From: Hydrogenophilales bacterium
GTDB taxonomy: Bacteria; Pseudomonadota; Gammaproteobacteria; Burkholderiales; Thiobacillaceae
Direction: 5' to 3'
Length of the DNA: 64,000 bases
NCBI GenBank assembly: GCA_037439465.1
Contig: JBBIVX010000014.1
Location: 7,293 to 71,292, forward strand
Shown: one piece after another, positions 16,801 through 31,378 of the stretch
Position numbering within the stretch: the first letter of the stretch is position 1
How the letters are laid out: each line of letters begins with the position of its first letter
Notes under the pieces: model-generated
The model's input: only the letters and a program-made list of their open reading frames with translations
The model's database searches: none
Told to the model about the DNA's origin: nothing
Program-made: the position numbers and the translations under genes

Positions 16801-17452
16801 GGACGTGTCCCTGCGTGGGCTGGGCCGGCGCCGAGCGCGGCCGCCGTGTCTTCAGCCAGTTGAAAAGCAGCAGCCAGGCCGCCAGCACGAAAAAACCACC
16901 GGGCGGCAGCACCATCACCACCCAGGGCTGGAAGTCCGGACCGAACAAGGGAAAACCGAACAGCTTGCCGGCGCCGAAGATCTCGCGCACCGCGCCCAGG
17001 GCGAAGAGGCCGATGCTGAAGCCGAGGCCCATGCCGGCGGCGTTGAGGGTGGCGCGCAGGGGCGGATTCTTGGCGGCGTGGGCCTCGGCCCGGCCGAGGA
17101 TGATGCAGTTGACGACGATGAGCTGGATGAAGGCGCCGAGGGCCTCGTACACCGCCAGGCTGACGGCCTGGATGAGGTAATCCACCACCGTGACGAAGGT
17201 GGCGATGATGAGGATATAGGTGGCGATACGCACTTCGGTGGGCACGAGGCGGCGGATCGATGAAATCAGCAGGCTGGAGCCGACCAGCACGAAGGTGGTG
17301 GCAAGCCCCATGGAGAGCGCGTTCACCGCCGACACGGTTACCGCCAGGGTCGGGCACATGCCCAGCACCATGACGAAGACCGGGTTCTGCTTCCAGACGC
17401 CTTCGAGAAATTCCTCCAGGTGACTCGGTGGCGCTTGTCCGGGCAGGGCCAT
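16790..17452 (-). CDS. rnfE: Rnf electron transport complex subunit E
   Basis: 220 aa. WKQNPVFVMVLGMCPTLAVT and QLIVVNCIILGRAEA are the RnfE/RsxE pattern. It overlaps rnfA by 11 nt. Confidence 0.9.
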   Translation of the reverse strand: MALPGQAPPSHLEEFLEGVWKQNPVFVMVLGMCPTLAVTVSAVNALSMGLATTFVLVGSSLLISSIRRLVPTEVRIATYILIIATFVTVVDYLIQAVSLAVYEALGAFIQLIVVNCIILGRAEAHAAKNPPLRATLNAAGMGLGFSIGLFALGAVREIFGAGKLFGFPLFGPDFQPWVVMVLPPGGFFVLAAWLLLFNWLKTRRPRSAPAQPTQGHVHGA

Positions 17453-18141
17453 TATCTCTTCTCCAGTTTATCCAGATGGGGCAGCAGGCGCGGCAGCAAC
17501 CTGCCGGCGCTGTCGTTGATGCCTTTGCCGACCGCCTTGGAAGTGATGGTGGCGCCGGAGATGGCGTCGATCTCCCAGGGGTTTTGCTTGCTGCCGTGTT
17601 TGACCGTCTTCACCGGGTGGGCCAGGGTCGACCGGTCGGGGGCGAGACGCACGTCGAGGGCCTCAAAGTTTTTCAGGAAAGCGCGATCGGTGTTGATCTT
17701 GTCGCCGATGCCGGGTGTCTCGCGCATGGCGATGACGCCGATGCCGGCGATCGCCTCGCGGGCCGGGTCATACGCGTAGAGGATGCGCACGACGTCGGCA
17801 TAGCCCTTGCCGGCGCCCTCGGCGGCGATACCCTTGATATGGCCGGCGGCATCGTAGGCGACATGGAACTTGATGCCGTCCACCGGCGCCGCTCCGCCGG
17901 CGGGCACCACGCCGCCGGGGCCGGCCCAGAATTCATTGACACTGACGGCGCCGGGAATCACCTTGAACACCGCCCGCTCCAGGGCGATCTTTTTGTTGGC
18001 GGTGACCGCATCCAGCGTTCCCTGGTAGGCGGACACGATGAGCACGCCGCATACCGTGGCGACCGCGCCGAGGGTGCGCACCATGGAGGCGCCGGAGGTG
18101 ACTGGCGTGGCAGAAGCGGGGGACGGTGTCGACGCATTCAT
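17452..18141 (-). CDS. rnfG: Rnf electron transport complex subunit G (FMN-binding)
   Basis: 229 aa. N-terminal anchor. The motif ISGATITSKAV is the covalent FMN attachment type (SGAT). Position between rnfD and rnfE. Confidence 0.88.
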   Translation of the reverse strand: MNASTPSPASATPVTSGASMVRTLGAVATVCGVLIVSAYQGTLDAVTANKKIALERAVFKVIPGAVSVNEFWAGPGGVVPAGGAAPVDGIKFHVAYDAAGHIKGIAAEGAGKGYADVVRILYAYDPAREAIAGIGVIAMRETPGIGDKINTDRAFLKNFEALDVRLAPDRSTLAHPVKTVKHGSKQNPWEIDAISGATITSKAVGKGINDSAGRLLPRLLPHLDKLEKR

Positions 18142-19190
18142 GGCCGCACCTTGCCGCGCGGCGCGCCGAATACCCTGGGCTGGGTGTACTGGTCGATCAG
18201 CGGCGCCAGGGCATTGCCCAGCAGAATGGCGTACATCACCCCCTCGGTGAGCCCGCCGAAGTAGCGGATCATCACCGTCACCACGCCGATGACGGCGCCA
18301 TAGAGCCAGACACCTTTCGGCGTGACTGGCGAGGTCGCCATGTCGGTGGCCATGAACACCGCGCCCAGCATGAGGCCGCCGGAGAGCAGGACGAACAGCG
18401 GGCCGGGATAGCGCGCCGGATCATAGAGTTGAAAGGCCCAGGCGGTGAGCGCCGCGGCGCCGAGTACGGCCAGTGGGATGCGCCAGTCGAGAAAGCGGCG
18501 CGCGGCCAGGTAGCCGCCGCAGAGCAGTATCAGGATGGCGGAGGTCTCGCCGGCGCTGGCGCTGGCGGCTCCGGTAAGAAAGTCCTGGGCCGGCGTGAAA
18601 TAGGTCTCGAACTTCCAGCGCGCCAGCGGCGTCGCCCCGGTGAAGCCATCGAGCGCATGTCTGGCCCAGGGACCGATGTCGGGCGGCGTCATCAGCGGCA
18701 GCGTGAAGGTGCTAGGGATGAATTCGCTGAAGCGCTGGCCGGCATAGGCCGGCGCCCAGGTGGAGATGGATACCGGGAAGGCGGCCTGAACGAAGGCGCG
18801 GCCGACCAGGGCGGGATTGAGAACGTTGCCGCCGAGGCCGCCGAATAGGGCCTTGCCCAGGCCGATGGCGACGAAGCCGGCGACCGCCCCCATCCACAGC
18901 GGAAACGCGGGTGGCAGGGTGAGCGCCAGCAACAGGCCGGTGATGGTGGCGCTCCAGTCGGCGAGAGTGCTGGCCTGGCCGCCGAGACGATTGAACAGCC
19001 GTTCGGTGACGAGACAGCTCAGCGTCACCGTGGCGAGCAGCGCCAGGGCGGAGAGCCCATACTGCCAGATCGAAAACAGCGCGATGGGCAACAGCGCCAG
19101 CACCACGTTGAACATGATGCGCTCGACGCCAATGCCGCGCTTGACATGAGGCGAGGCGCGCAGCTCGATGCGGACGGCGCCGTGTTTCAT
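18138..19190 (-). CDS. rnfD: Rnf electron transport complex subunit D
   Basis: 350 aa from ATG 19190, which overlaps the rnfC stop (ATGA). Polytopic. SPHVKRG near the N-terminus and FMATDMATSPVT (FMN site) are typical of RnfD/NqrB. Confidence 0.9.
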   Translation of the reverse strand: MKHGAVRIELRASPHVKRGIGVERIMFNVVLALLPIALFSIWQYGLSALALLATVTLSCLVTERLFNRLGGQASTLADWSATITGLLLALTLPPAFPLWMGAVAGFVAIGLGKALFGGLGGNVLNPALVGRAFVQAAFPVSISTWAPAYAGQRFSEFIPSTFTLPLMTPPDIGPWARHALDGFTGATPLARWKFETYFTPAQDFLTGAASASAGETSAILILLCGGYLAARRFLDWRIPLAVLGAAALTAWAFQLYDPARYPGPLFVLLSGGLMLGAVFMATDMATSPVTPKGVWLYGAVIGVVTVMIRYFGGLTEGVMYAILLGNALAPLIDQYTQPRVFGAPRGKVRP

Positions 19191-20533
19191 GCCGCCGCCT
19201 GCTCGCGCAACAGTCCCTTGGCCACCCGGAACTGCTGCACCAGGGGGATGTTGGACGGACAGACATACGTGCAGCAGCCGCATTCGAAGCAGTCACCGAG
19301 GTGGTAATGAGCGCCCATCGCCTCATACTCGCGCGCGCCGGCCAGCATGCCCAGCATCGAGGGGTTCAGGCCCATCGGGCAGACGTTGACGCATTCGCCG
19401 CATTTGATGCACGGATAGATCTTGCGCCGGCTCTCCGCCTCGATGTCATTGCGGTCGAACACCAGTATGCCCGACACCCCCTTGGTGACGGGGACGTCCA
19501 GGGAGGCGACGGCCTGCCCCATCATGGGGCCGCCCAGTATGATCTCGCGTTCGCTCACATCGCCGGCGCCGGCCCAGTCGAGCACATGGCGCATGGGGGT
19601 GCCGAGCGGCACCCAGTAATCGCCGGGCCGGGCGACGCCGGGGCCGGTGACGGTAACCACCCGTTCGATCAGCCCGTGGCCGCCCGGCAACAGGCGGCCC
19701 AGCATGGCCAGTGTACCGACGTTGTTGACCACCACACCCACTTGCGCGGGCAGCCCGCCGGCCGGCACGTCAAGATCGAGCAGCGATTTGATCAACATTT
19801 TCTCGGCGCCCTGCGGATATTTGGTCTCGACTGCCGCAACGCTGATCGCGCCGTCGGCCGGCAATCTGGCCTGGATGGCGGCGATGGCGTCCGGCTTGTT
19901 GTCCTCGACGCCGATGACGGCCCGCCCCACCCTCGTTGCCCGCATGGCGTAACGGGTGCCGGCGATGAGGTCATCGGTCAGCTCCAGCATCATGCGATGG
20001 TCGCAGGTAAGGAAGGGCTCGCATTCGCAGCCGTTTACCACCAGTGTGCCAATGTTGCGGTCCTTGGGCACGGTGAGTTTGACATGACTGGGGAAGGCGG
20101 CGCCGCCCAGGCCCACCATGCCGGTGTCCTGGATGGCCTGGAGGGTTTGCTCGGGCGAGAGCCTCTCCATGTCTCTCGCCGCGCCCACCCGCAAAGCCTG
20201 GGTCGAGGCTTCATAGGCGCGGATGACGATGCACTCCGTCCATGGCCCGCGCGCCGAAGGGCGCAACTCCATGGCTTCAACCACCCCGTCCGCCGGGGCA
20301 TGCAGCGGCACGGACATGAAGCCGTCCGCACGTGCGATCAATTGTCCGCGTACCACCTCCTGGCCCACCGAGACGGTGGGCACTGCCGGCTTGCCGATGT
20401 GCTGCGCGAGGGGGAGGATCATGCGCGGCGCAAACGGCATCCGACGAATCGGCATGCCGGCAGTGCTCTTGTGGCTCGCCGGGTGAACCCCGCGGGCAAA
20501 CGTCTTGCGCGCAAATAATGAAAAAAGATTCAT
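19187..20533 (-). CDS. rnfC: Rnf electron transport complex subunit C
   Basis: 448 aa. GVHPASHK near the N-terminus, GLGGAAFPSHVK, and two 4Fe-4S motifs CIKCGECVNVCP and CFECGCCTYVCP. Confidence 0.92.
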   Translation of the reverse strand: MNLFSLFARKTFARGVHPASHKSTAGMPIRRMPFAPRMILPLAQHIGKPAVPTVSVGQEVVRGQLIARADGFMSVPLHAPADGVVEAMELRPSARGPWTECIVIRAYEASTQALRVGAARDMERLSPEQTLQAIQDTGMVGLGGAAFPSHVKLTVPKDRNIGTLVVNGCECEPFLTCDHRMMLELTDDLIAGTRYAMRATRVGRAVIGVEDNKPDAIAAIQARLPADGAISVAAVETKYPQGAEKMLIKSLLDLDVPAGGLPAQVGVVVNNVGTLAMLGRLLPGGHGLIERVVTVTGPGVARPGDYWVPLGTPMRHVLDWAGAGDVSEREIILGGPMMGQAVASLDVPVTKGVSGILVFDRNDIEAESRRKIYPCIKCGECVNVCPMGLNPSMLGMLAGAREYEAMGAHYHLGDCFECGCCTYVCPSNIPLVQQFRVAKGLLREQAAA

Positions 20534-20583
20534 CTCTTTTCTTGGCGACGAGTCACCGCGTGAGAAGTGACGCGCCGCACCGT

Positions 20584-20628
20584 GCGCGCACCCTGCGCGC
20601 TGGTCATTGTCACTTTGTCACCTGTCAC
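20584..20628 (-). promoter_or_regulatory. Intercistronic element between PFOR and rnfC: 7-bp GC hairpin plus four tandem (G/T)GTCA(C/T) hexamers
   Basis: GCGCGCA-CCC-TGCGCGC at 20584-20600. Then ggtcat, tgtcac, tgtcac, tgtcac at 20602, 20608, 20616 and 20623 (6-8 nt spacing). All lie in the 111-nt gap between the PFOR stop and the rnfC start. Confidence 0.4.
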
Positions 20629-20644
20629 TTGGTCTCGGCCTTTA

Positions 20645-25591
<4,947 letters not shown>

Positions 25592-25649
25592 TTCCCATCC
25601 TTTTTGATAAGCACCAGATTCTGCAAATCCTGTCGCCGCGTCCAGTGTT

Positions 25650-26531
25650 TCAGCCTTCACTCAGCAGCGGCAGCGGCGTAATACGTATGATCTTCTTGGC
25701 GGCCCTGCCCCTGGCGGCCTGGTCACCCTCCAGCCAAACGATGGCTCCGGTCGGACAGCGTTCGATGGACCTGGCGGTGGCCAGCGCATTGCGGCCATAG
25801 TCGATGGTCGCCAGTTCGTTCTCGACCTTGATCAAACCCGGCGCCGAATCGACCGCGCACTTGCCGCAGGCGGTACAGGCGACTTCGCACAGCCGCTCGG
25901 CGGTATCGCCGTCGGCGTGGTTCTTACAGGCAACCCACAGCTTGTGGGAGAGGGGGTGCAGGGAAAACAGGCCCTTCGGGCAGACCACGACGCAATCGCC
26001 GCAGGCCGTGCACTTGTCCGTGTCCACCTCCGGCAGACCGTACTGGTTCATGCGAATAGCGTCGAAATCGCAGACCGCCTCACAATCACCCAGACCCAGG
26101 CAGCCCCACACGCAGGCCTTGCCGCCGCCGCCAACGGTGGCGGCGGCGCGACAGGTTGCCAGGCCGTCGTAATGGGCACGCAGGCGTGCCACGTGCTTGC
26201 CGCCGGCGCAGGCGAGACGTGCCACCCGCTTTTCCACATCGCCGGCCGCGACGCCCAGGAAGTCGGCGATATACCCCGTCATTTGCGGTGGGCTGACGGT
26301 GCACTTGGCCGGCATGATCTTGCCTGCCACCAGTTCCTCGGCAAAATTGCGGCAGCCTGCGGTGCCGCAGGCGCCGCAATTGGACTTGGGCAGCAACTCT
26401 TCGACCTGGGCAATGCGCGGATCCTCGTAAACATAGAGCCGCCTGTTGGCCACCGCCAACAGCCAAGCCAGCAGCCCCCCCAGGGTCGCCATGAAAAGGC
26501 CCGCCAACGTCACGCCAACTATCGTATCCAT
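25650..26531 (-). CDS. rnfB: Rnf electron transport complex subunit B (polyferredoxin)
   Basis: 293 aa. N-terminal helix. CGACGTAGCRNFAE. Additional clusters CTACGDCVVVCP and CTACGKCAV. Confidence 0.88.
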   Translation of the reverse strand: MDTIVGVTLAGLFMATLGGLLAWLLAVANRRLYVYEDPRIAQVEELLPKSNCGACGTAGCRNFAEELVAGKIMPAKCTVSPPQMTGYIADFLGVAAGDVEKRVARLACAGGKHVARLRAHYDGLATCRAAATVGGGGKACVWGCLGLGDCEAVCDFDAIRMNQYGLPEVDTDKCTACGDCVVVCPKGLFSLHPLSHKLWVACKNHADGDTAERLCEVACTACGKCAVDSAPGLIKVENELATIDYGRNALATARSIERCPTGAIVWLEGDQAARGRAAKKIIRITPLPLLSEG

Positions 26532-26691
26532 GTCGCTCCAATCACGACCGTTGCGGCCGAATCCGGCTCACGCAAAGTTAAATGATCACGATATGGAGTC
26601 TATAAATATATTAATAATTTGACGCTCAGGTTATTTCAATCTTTAATATTGTTTGTTTTAATGCGGTGCAACATATCTTTGGAGTGGTCTC
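26532..26691. promoter_or_regulatory. AT-rich divergent control region between rnfB and the LysR-type regulator
   Basis: 160-nt gap that is markedly AT-rich in a GC-rich genome. Near-palindrome TATAAATATATTAATA. Candidate plus-strand promoter TTGACG (26619) -17- TTTAAT. Several TTGxxx-17-TATTAA combinations on the minus strand. Confidence 0.4.
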
Positions 26692-27711
26692 ATGAGCAGC
26701 GAGTCTCCGCTTTACTACAAGAACAACCGGCTCAAGCAACTGCGAGCCTTCCACCAGGTGGTGCGTTGCGGCGGCATTTCCCGGGCGGCGGAAAAACTCT
26801 ACCTGTCGCAACCCTCGGTCTCGTTGCAAATTCAGGCGCTGGAGCGCGAACTCGGGGTCGTCCTGTTCGAACGCCGCGGCCCTCACCTCAAGCTCACGCC
26901 GGAAGGCGACGTCCTGTACCACCTGGCGGAGCCGCTGGTGGACGGCATCGACAAACTGCAGGAGAACTTCACCGCCCACTTCGGCAAGCTGGAGTCGGGC
27001 GAACTGAATATTGGCGCGGGCGAATCCACCATCCTTTACATACTTCCCGAGCCTGTGCGCCGTTTCGTCGCCGCTTATCCCAAGGTGCAACTGAAGATGC
27101 ACAACGTCACCGGTCGCGACGGTCTCAAAATGCTCAAGGCCGACGAGATCGATTTTGCCGTGGGCTCCATGCTGGACGTGCCGGAAGACATCGAATACCG
27201 CCCGGTGGTCACCTTCGATCCCATGCTCATCACCCCTCTTGACCATCCTCTCGCAGAAAAGGCGCTGCGCGGTGAAGAGGTCACGCTGGAAGACGTCAGC
27301 CATTACGGCCTGATCCTGCCACCCAGCCACCTGTCGACCTGGCGCATCGTCAAATACGTCTTTCAGCAGCACAACCTGACCTTCACCGTGACCCTGGAGG
27401 CCGGCGGCTGGGAGGTCATCAAGAAATATGTGGAGCTGGGCCTGGGCGTGTCCATCGTCACCGACATCTGCCTGACCGGCGACGAGAAGCTGATGCGCAT
27501 CCCGCTCACCAAATATTTCCCGCAGCGCGGCTATGGGCTGGTGCTCAGGAAAGGCCGCTTCTTGTCGCCCCAGGCGCGGCGCTTCATCGAGATCATGGAA
27601 GAAGTCTATGCCAACGGCGCGGAGGTCGCCCTCCCCGCCAACACCCGACCGGCGGTGAACAACGTGGCAAGCGCCCGGCCAGCGCGCAAGACCAGGCGCA
27701 AAAGCGCATAG
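26692..27711 (+). CDS. LysR-family transcriptional regulator (CysB-like subfamily architecture)
   Basis: 339 aa. Winged helix-turn-helix LKQLRAFHQVVRCGGISRAAEKLYLSQPSVSLQIQALERELG. C-terminal substrate-binding fold. Confidence 0.88.
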   Translation: MSSESPLYYKNNRLKQLRAFHQVVRCGGISRAAEKLYLSQPSVSLQIQALERELGVVLFERRGPHLKLTPEGDVLYHLAEPLVDGIDKLQENFTAHFGKLESGELNIGAGESTILYILPEPVRRFVAAYPKVQLKMHNVTGRDGLKMLKADEIDFAVGSMLDVPEDIEYRPVVTFDPMLITPLDHPLAEKALRGEEVTLEDVSHYGLILPPSHLSTWRIVKYVFQQHNLTFTVTLEAGGWEVIKKYVELGLGVSIVTDICLTGDEKLMRIPLTKYFPQRGYGLVLRKGRFLSPQARRFIEIMEEVYANGAEVALPANTRPAVNNVASARPARKTRRKSA

Positions 27712-27732
27712 GCTCAAAGGCCAGCCGGCGAC

Positions 27733-28389
27733 CTACTCACTTTCGTAGAAAATATCGGCACGACGATTCTCCGCCCAGGAGGCTTCATCATGTCCCTTCA
27801 ACCTGGGCTTGAGTTCGCCCCGGCTCTTTACCAGCACCTGCCTTCCCGGAGCGCCGCGCTCGACCAGGCCGGCACGCACGCTCTGTGCCCGCTTGAGGCC
27901 GAGGCGCCGGTTGTGTTCACGACTGCCGCGCTCGTCGGCATGACCCTCGATGCGCACACGCGCGGCGGGGTGTTCGCGCAGATAGCTGGCATGCGCCTCG
28001 ATGACCGGGTCATAGTCGCGCCGGAGCGCAAACTGATCGAGTGCGAAATAGAAGCTGCGCTCCGAACGCAAATGCGCCGCGAGATCCTTGGAAGCCTGCA
28101 GAGTGGCGGTGTCCGCCTCGGCGGCAGCGGAGTCAGCCGGAGCGGGCCGCGCAACGACGGACGGAGAAACAGTTACGGCGGCCGGAGCAGGCAGCGCCTG
28201 GGCGGCCGGGGCAGGACTCAATGGTGCCGCCGCGGCCGTCTTGGGCGCGCGCCCGTAGTAAAGATCGCGATGGACCTTCAGCGGCCCATGGGCGCCGGCC
28301 GCCTCTTTGCCGACGCCCACTGGCATGGCGCAGGCGGCAAGCAATAGCGGCGGCGTGAGCAGAACGGCAACGAACACACCGAAGCGCAA
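27733..28389 (-). CDS. OmpA-family lipoprotein, Pal-like peptidoglycan-associated protein
   Basis: 218 aa. Lipobox LLLAAC. Ala/Pro-rich linker. OmpA_C domain FALDQFALRRDY...RIEGHADERGSREHNRRLGLKRAQSV...NRRADI. Confidence 0.85.
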   Translation of the reverse strand: MRFGVFVAVLLTPPLLLAACAMPVGVGKEAAGAHGPLKVHRDLYYGRAPKTAAAAPLSPAPAAQALPAPAAVTVSPSVVARPAPADSAAAEADTATLQASKDLAAHLRSERSFYFALDQFALRRDYDPVIEAHASYLREHPAARVRIEGHADERGSREHNRRLGLKRAQSVRAGLVERGAPGRQVLVKSRGELKPRLKGHDEASWAENRRADIFYESE

Positions 28390-28402
28390 GGCGGCGCCCC
28401 GG

Positions 28403-29845
28403 TCAGCGTAACGACACTTGCACCGAATAGGCGCAGAGCGTCATCAGCGGTTGCGGCAGAATGCCAAGCAGAAGCACGGCAAGGCCGTTGGCGGAAAGCA
28501 GCAGACCGGCATCGGCCACGCCCACCGGACGTTCGCTGACGGCGGGCGTGTCGAAGTACATCAGTTTGACGATACGCAGATAAAAGAAGGCGCCGATCAG
28601 GGAGAACATCACCGCCACGACCGCCAGCCAAAGCCAGCCGGCACCTATCAGGGCCTGCAACACGGTCAGTTTGGCGACGAAGCCGATGAATGGCGGCAAG
28701 CCGGCCATCGACAGCATCAGCATGGCCATCACCGCGGCGAGCCAGGGGTGCCTGGCATTGAGACCCTTGTAGTCTTCCAAATTATCGGCCTCGAAGCCGA
28801 CCCGCGACAGGTAGATCACCATGCCGAACCCCCCCAGGCTCATCAGCACATAGCTGACGGCATAGAACATGGCGGCGGAATAACCCGCCAGGCTGCCGCT
28901 CATCAGCCCGAGTAGCAAGAAGCCCATGTGCGAGATGGTCGAATAGGCCAACATGCGCTTGATATTGGTCTGCATGATGGCGGCCAGATTGCCTATGGCC
29001 AGCGAGGCCACCGCCATCACCGCCAGCATTTGTTGCCAGTCGCCGTAGGCCGGCTGCAATCCGTCCACCAAGAGGCGCATGGCAAAGGCAAAGGCAGCCA
29101 GCTTGGGGGCCGAGCCGACGAACAGGGTCACCGCCGTGGGGGCGCCGTGGTAGATGTCCGGCACCCACATATGGAATGGCGCGGCGCCCAGCTTGAAACC
29201 AAGCCCGGCGACGATGAAGACGATGCCGAACACCAGCACCATCTCGCTCCTGACACCGCCATGCACCATCTCGGCCACCTTGGCCAATTCGAGCGAGCCG
29301 GCCAGGCCATAGAGCAGCGACATGCCATAAAGCAGCAGACCGGAGGCCAGTGCGCCGAGCACGAAGTACTTCATGGCCGCCTCGGAAGCCTGCATCGAAT
29401 CGCGCTCCATGGCGACCATGGCATAAAGAGCGAGCGAGAGCAGTTCCAGACCCAGGTAGAGGGTGAGGAAGTGGCTGGCGGAAATCATCACCAGCATGCC
29501 GAGCACGGCGAACAGCAGCAGAGAAAAATAATCGCCGCCCAACATGCCGCGGTCGGTCAGGTACTGACGCGAATAGATCACCGCGACGATGGCGGCCAGA
29601 CAGGTGAGCAGCTTCAGCACGATGCCCATCGGATCGCTGATGTAAAGGCCGTTGAAGGCCAGGGTCGGGGCCGCCGGGCCGGTGGCGACGATCAATGCGG
29701 CGGTGCAGACGAGGCCGAGCAAGGTCAGCGCATAAGATGCCGTTTTCGATTGGCTATAGGCCTCCACCAGCAATACCAGAGAGGCGAAGGCGAGTAGGCC
29801 GATTTCCGGCAGGGCGATGAAGAAATCGATGGCGGCAGGGGTCAT
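28403..29845 (-). CDS. nuoN: NADH-quinone oxidoreductase subunit N
   Basis: 480 aa polytopic antiporter-like subunit. Last gene of the nuo series. Confidence 0.92.
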   Translation of the reverse strand: MTPAAIDFFIALPEIGLLAFASLVLLVEAYSQSKTASYALTLLGLVCTAALIVATGPAAPTLAFNGLYISDPMGIVLKLLTCLAAIVAVIYSRQYLTDRGMLGGDYFSLLLFAVLGMLVMISASHFLTLYLGLELLSLALYAMVAMERDSMQASEAAMKYFVLGALASGLLLYGMSLLYGLAGSLELAKVAEMVHGGVRSEMVLVFGIVFIVAGLGFKLGAAPFHMWVPDIYHGAPTAVTLFVGSAPKLAAFAFAMRLLVDGLQPAYGDWQQMLAVMAVASLAIGNLAAIMQTNIKRMLAYSTISHMGFLLLGLMSGSLAGYSAAMFYAVSYVLMSLGGFGMVIYLSRVGFEADNLEDYKGLNARHPWLAAVMAMLMLSMAGLPPFIGFVAKLTVLQALIGAGWLWLAVVAVMFSLIGAFFYLRIVKLMYFDTPAVSERPVGVADAGLLLSANGLAVLLLGILPQPLMTLCAYSVQVSLR

Positions 29846-29854
29846 GGCCGAGGC

Positions 29855-31348
29855 TCAGTACACGAGTTTGCTGTGAGCGACATGCCCCAGCAGGTTGTTG
29901 ACGGAGGCGTGCATCACGTCAGTGACGGGCAGGGGGTAGAGGCCCATCGCCAGAACGCAGACGGCCAGCAGCAGCAGCACCACGAATTCACGGCTGTCGA
30001 TGTCCTTAAGCGCGGCCACCTTCTCGTTGGCCACCTTGCCGAAGATCACCCGCTTGTACATCCACAGGGTATAAGCAGCGCCGAAGATCAAGGTAAGACC
30101 AGCGGCGAAGGCCCACCAGAAATTCACCTGGATCGCCCCCAGTATCACCATGAATTCGCCAACGAAACCGGAAGTCCCCGGCAGACCCGAGTTGGCCATC
30201 GCGAACAGCATGAAGAGCGCGGCGAACCTGGGCATGGTATTGGCCACGCCGCCATAATCGGCGATCTGGCGGGAGTGGATACGGTCATACATGACGCCTA
30301 TGCAAAGGAACAAGGCGGCCGAGACGAAGCCGTGCGAGATCATCTGCACCAGGCCACCCTCGATGCCCAGCGGGTTGAACAGGAAGAAGCCGAGGGTAAT
30401 GAAACCCATGTGGGCGATCGACGAATAGGCGATGAGTTTCTTCATGTCCGCCTGCACCAGCGCCACCAGGCCGATATAGACGATGGCGATGAGGGACAGC
30501 GCCACAATCAGCCAGGTCAACTCGTGCGAGGCATCCGGCACGATGGGCAGGGTGAAGCGCAGGAAACCGTAGGCGCCCACCTTCAGCGTGATCGCCGCCA
30601 GCACCACCGAACCGCCGGTAGGGGCCTCGACGTGGGCATCCGGCAGCCAGGTATGCACCGGCCACATCGGCACCTTGACCGCGAAGGCGAAGAAGAAGGC
30701 CACGAACAGCAGCACTTGCGCCATCATGGTGAGACCGACCTTGTGCCACGCGAGTATTTCGAAACTGCCACCGCTGACGAAGAACAGGTAGATCATCGCC
30801 ACCAACATGAGCAGCGAGCCAAGCAGCGTGTACAGGAAGAACTTCATGGCCGCATAGACCCGGTTTGGGCCGCCCCACATGCCGATGATCAGATAGAGGG
30901 GAATCAGCATGGCCTCGAAGAAGACATAAAACAGCACGCCGTCGAGGGCGACGAAGACGCCATTGATCAGTCCCGACTGAATGAGGAAGGCCGCCATGTA
31001 CTGTCCGACCTTAATCTTGATCACCCGCCAGCCTGCCAGTATCACCAGCACGGTGGTAAAACTGTTGAGCAGGACGAAGGGCATGGCGATGCCGTCGACG
31101 CCCAGGTGATACCAGATGTTGAAGGCAGGGACCCAAGCCGCCGTTTCCTCGAACTGCATGGCGGCACTGCTGGCGTCGAAACCGGTCCACAATGGCACCG
31201 ACACGCCGAAGCCGAGCACCGCGCCGATGAGTGCCAGGGTGCGCTGACCATCGGCGTTGCGATCGTCGCTGCCGGTGGCGAGTATCAGCAGCCCGGCCAC
31301 GATGGGCACCCAGACGGTCAGGCTTAAGATTCCGATTCCTTCAAGCAT
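29855..31348 (-). CDS. nuoM: NADH-quinone oxidoreductase subunit M
   Basis: 497 aa antiporter-like subunit. VPMWPVHTWLPDAHVEAPT motif. Confidence 0.93.
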   Translation of the reverse strand: MLEGIGILSLTVWVPIVAGLLILATGSDDRNADGQRTLALIGAVLGFGVSVPLWTGFDASSAAMQFEETAAWVPAFNIWYHLGVDGIAMPFVLLNSFTTVLVILAGWRVIKIKVGQYMAAFLIQSGLINGVFVALDGVLFYVFFEAMLIPLYLIIGMWGGPNRVYAAMKFFLYTLLGSLLMLVAMIYLFFVSGGSFEILAWHKVGLTMMAQVLLFVAFFFAFAVKVPMWPVHTWLPDAHVEAPTGGSVVLAAITLKVGAYGFLRFTLPIVPDASHELTWLIVALSLIAIVYIGLVALVQADMKKLIAYSSIAHMGFITLGFFLFNPLGIEGGLVQMISHGFVSAALFLCIGVMYDRIHSRQIADYGGVANTMPRFAALFMLFAMANSGLPGTSGFVGEFMVILGAIQVNFWWAFAAGLTLIFGAAYTLWMYKRVIFGKVANEKVAALKDIDSREFVVLLLLAVCVLAMGLYPLPVTDVMHASVNNLLGHVAHSKLVY

Positions 31349-31378
31349 CGCGTATTCCCGAGCGTTTCATTCTTGAGG

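Noticed and set aside
25592-25660. N-terminal extensions of ORF-track entries. These are PFOR to 25660, nuoA to 42872, nuoD to 41269, nuoE to 40304, rnfD to 19283, the beta-helix gene to 49842, the MBOAT partner to 50756, the exostosin-like gene from 60571, and the epimerase-like gene from 55987.
   Set aside because: Each extension overlaps the preceding gene or an intergenic promoter region. Each is absent from the remembered lengths and N-termini of the families. Internal ATGs coincide with stop/start overlaps or Shine-Dalgarno-like sequences.
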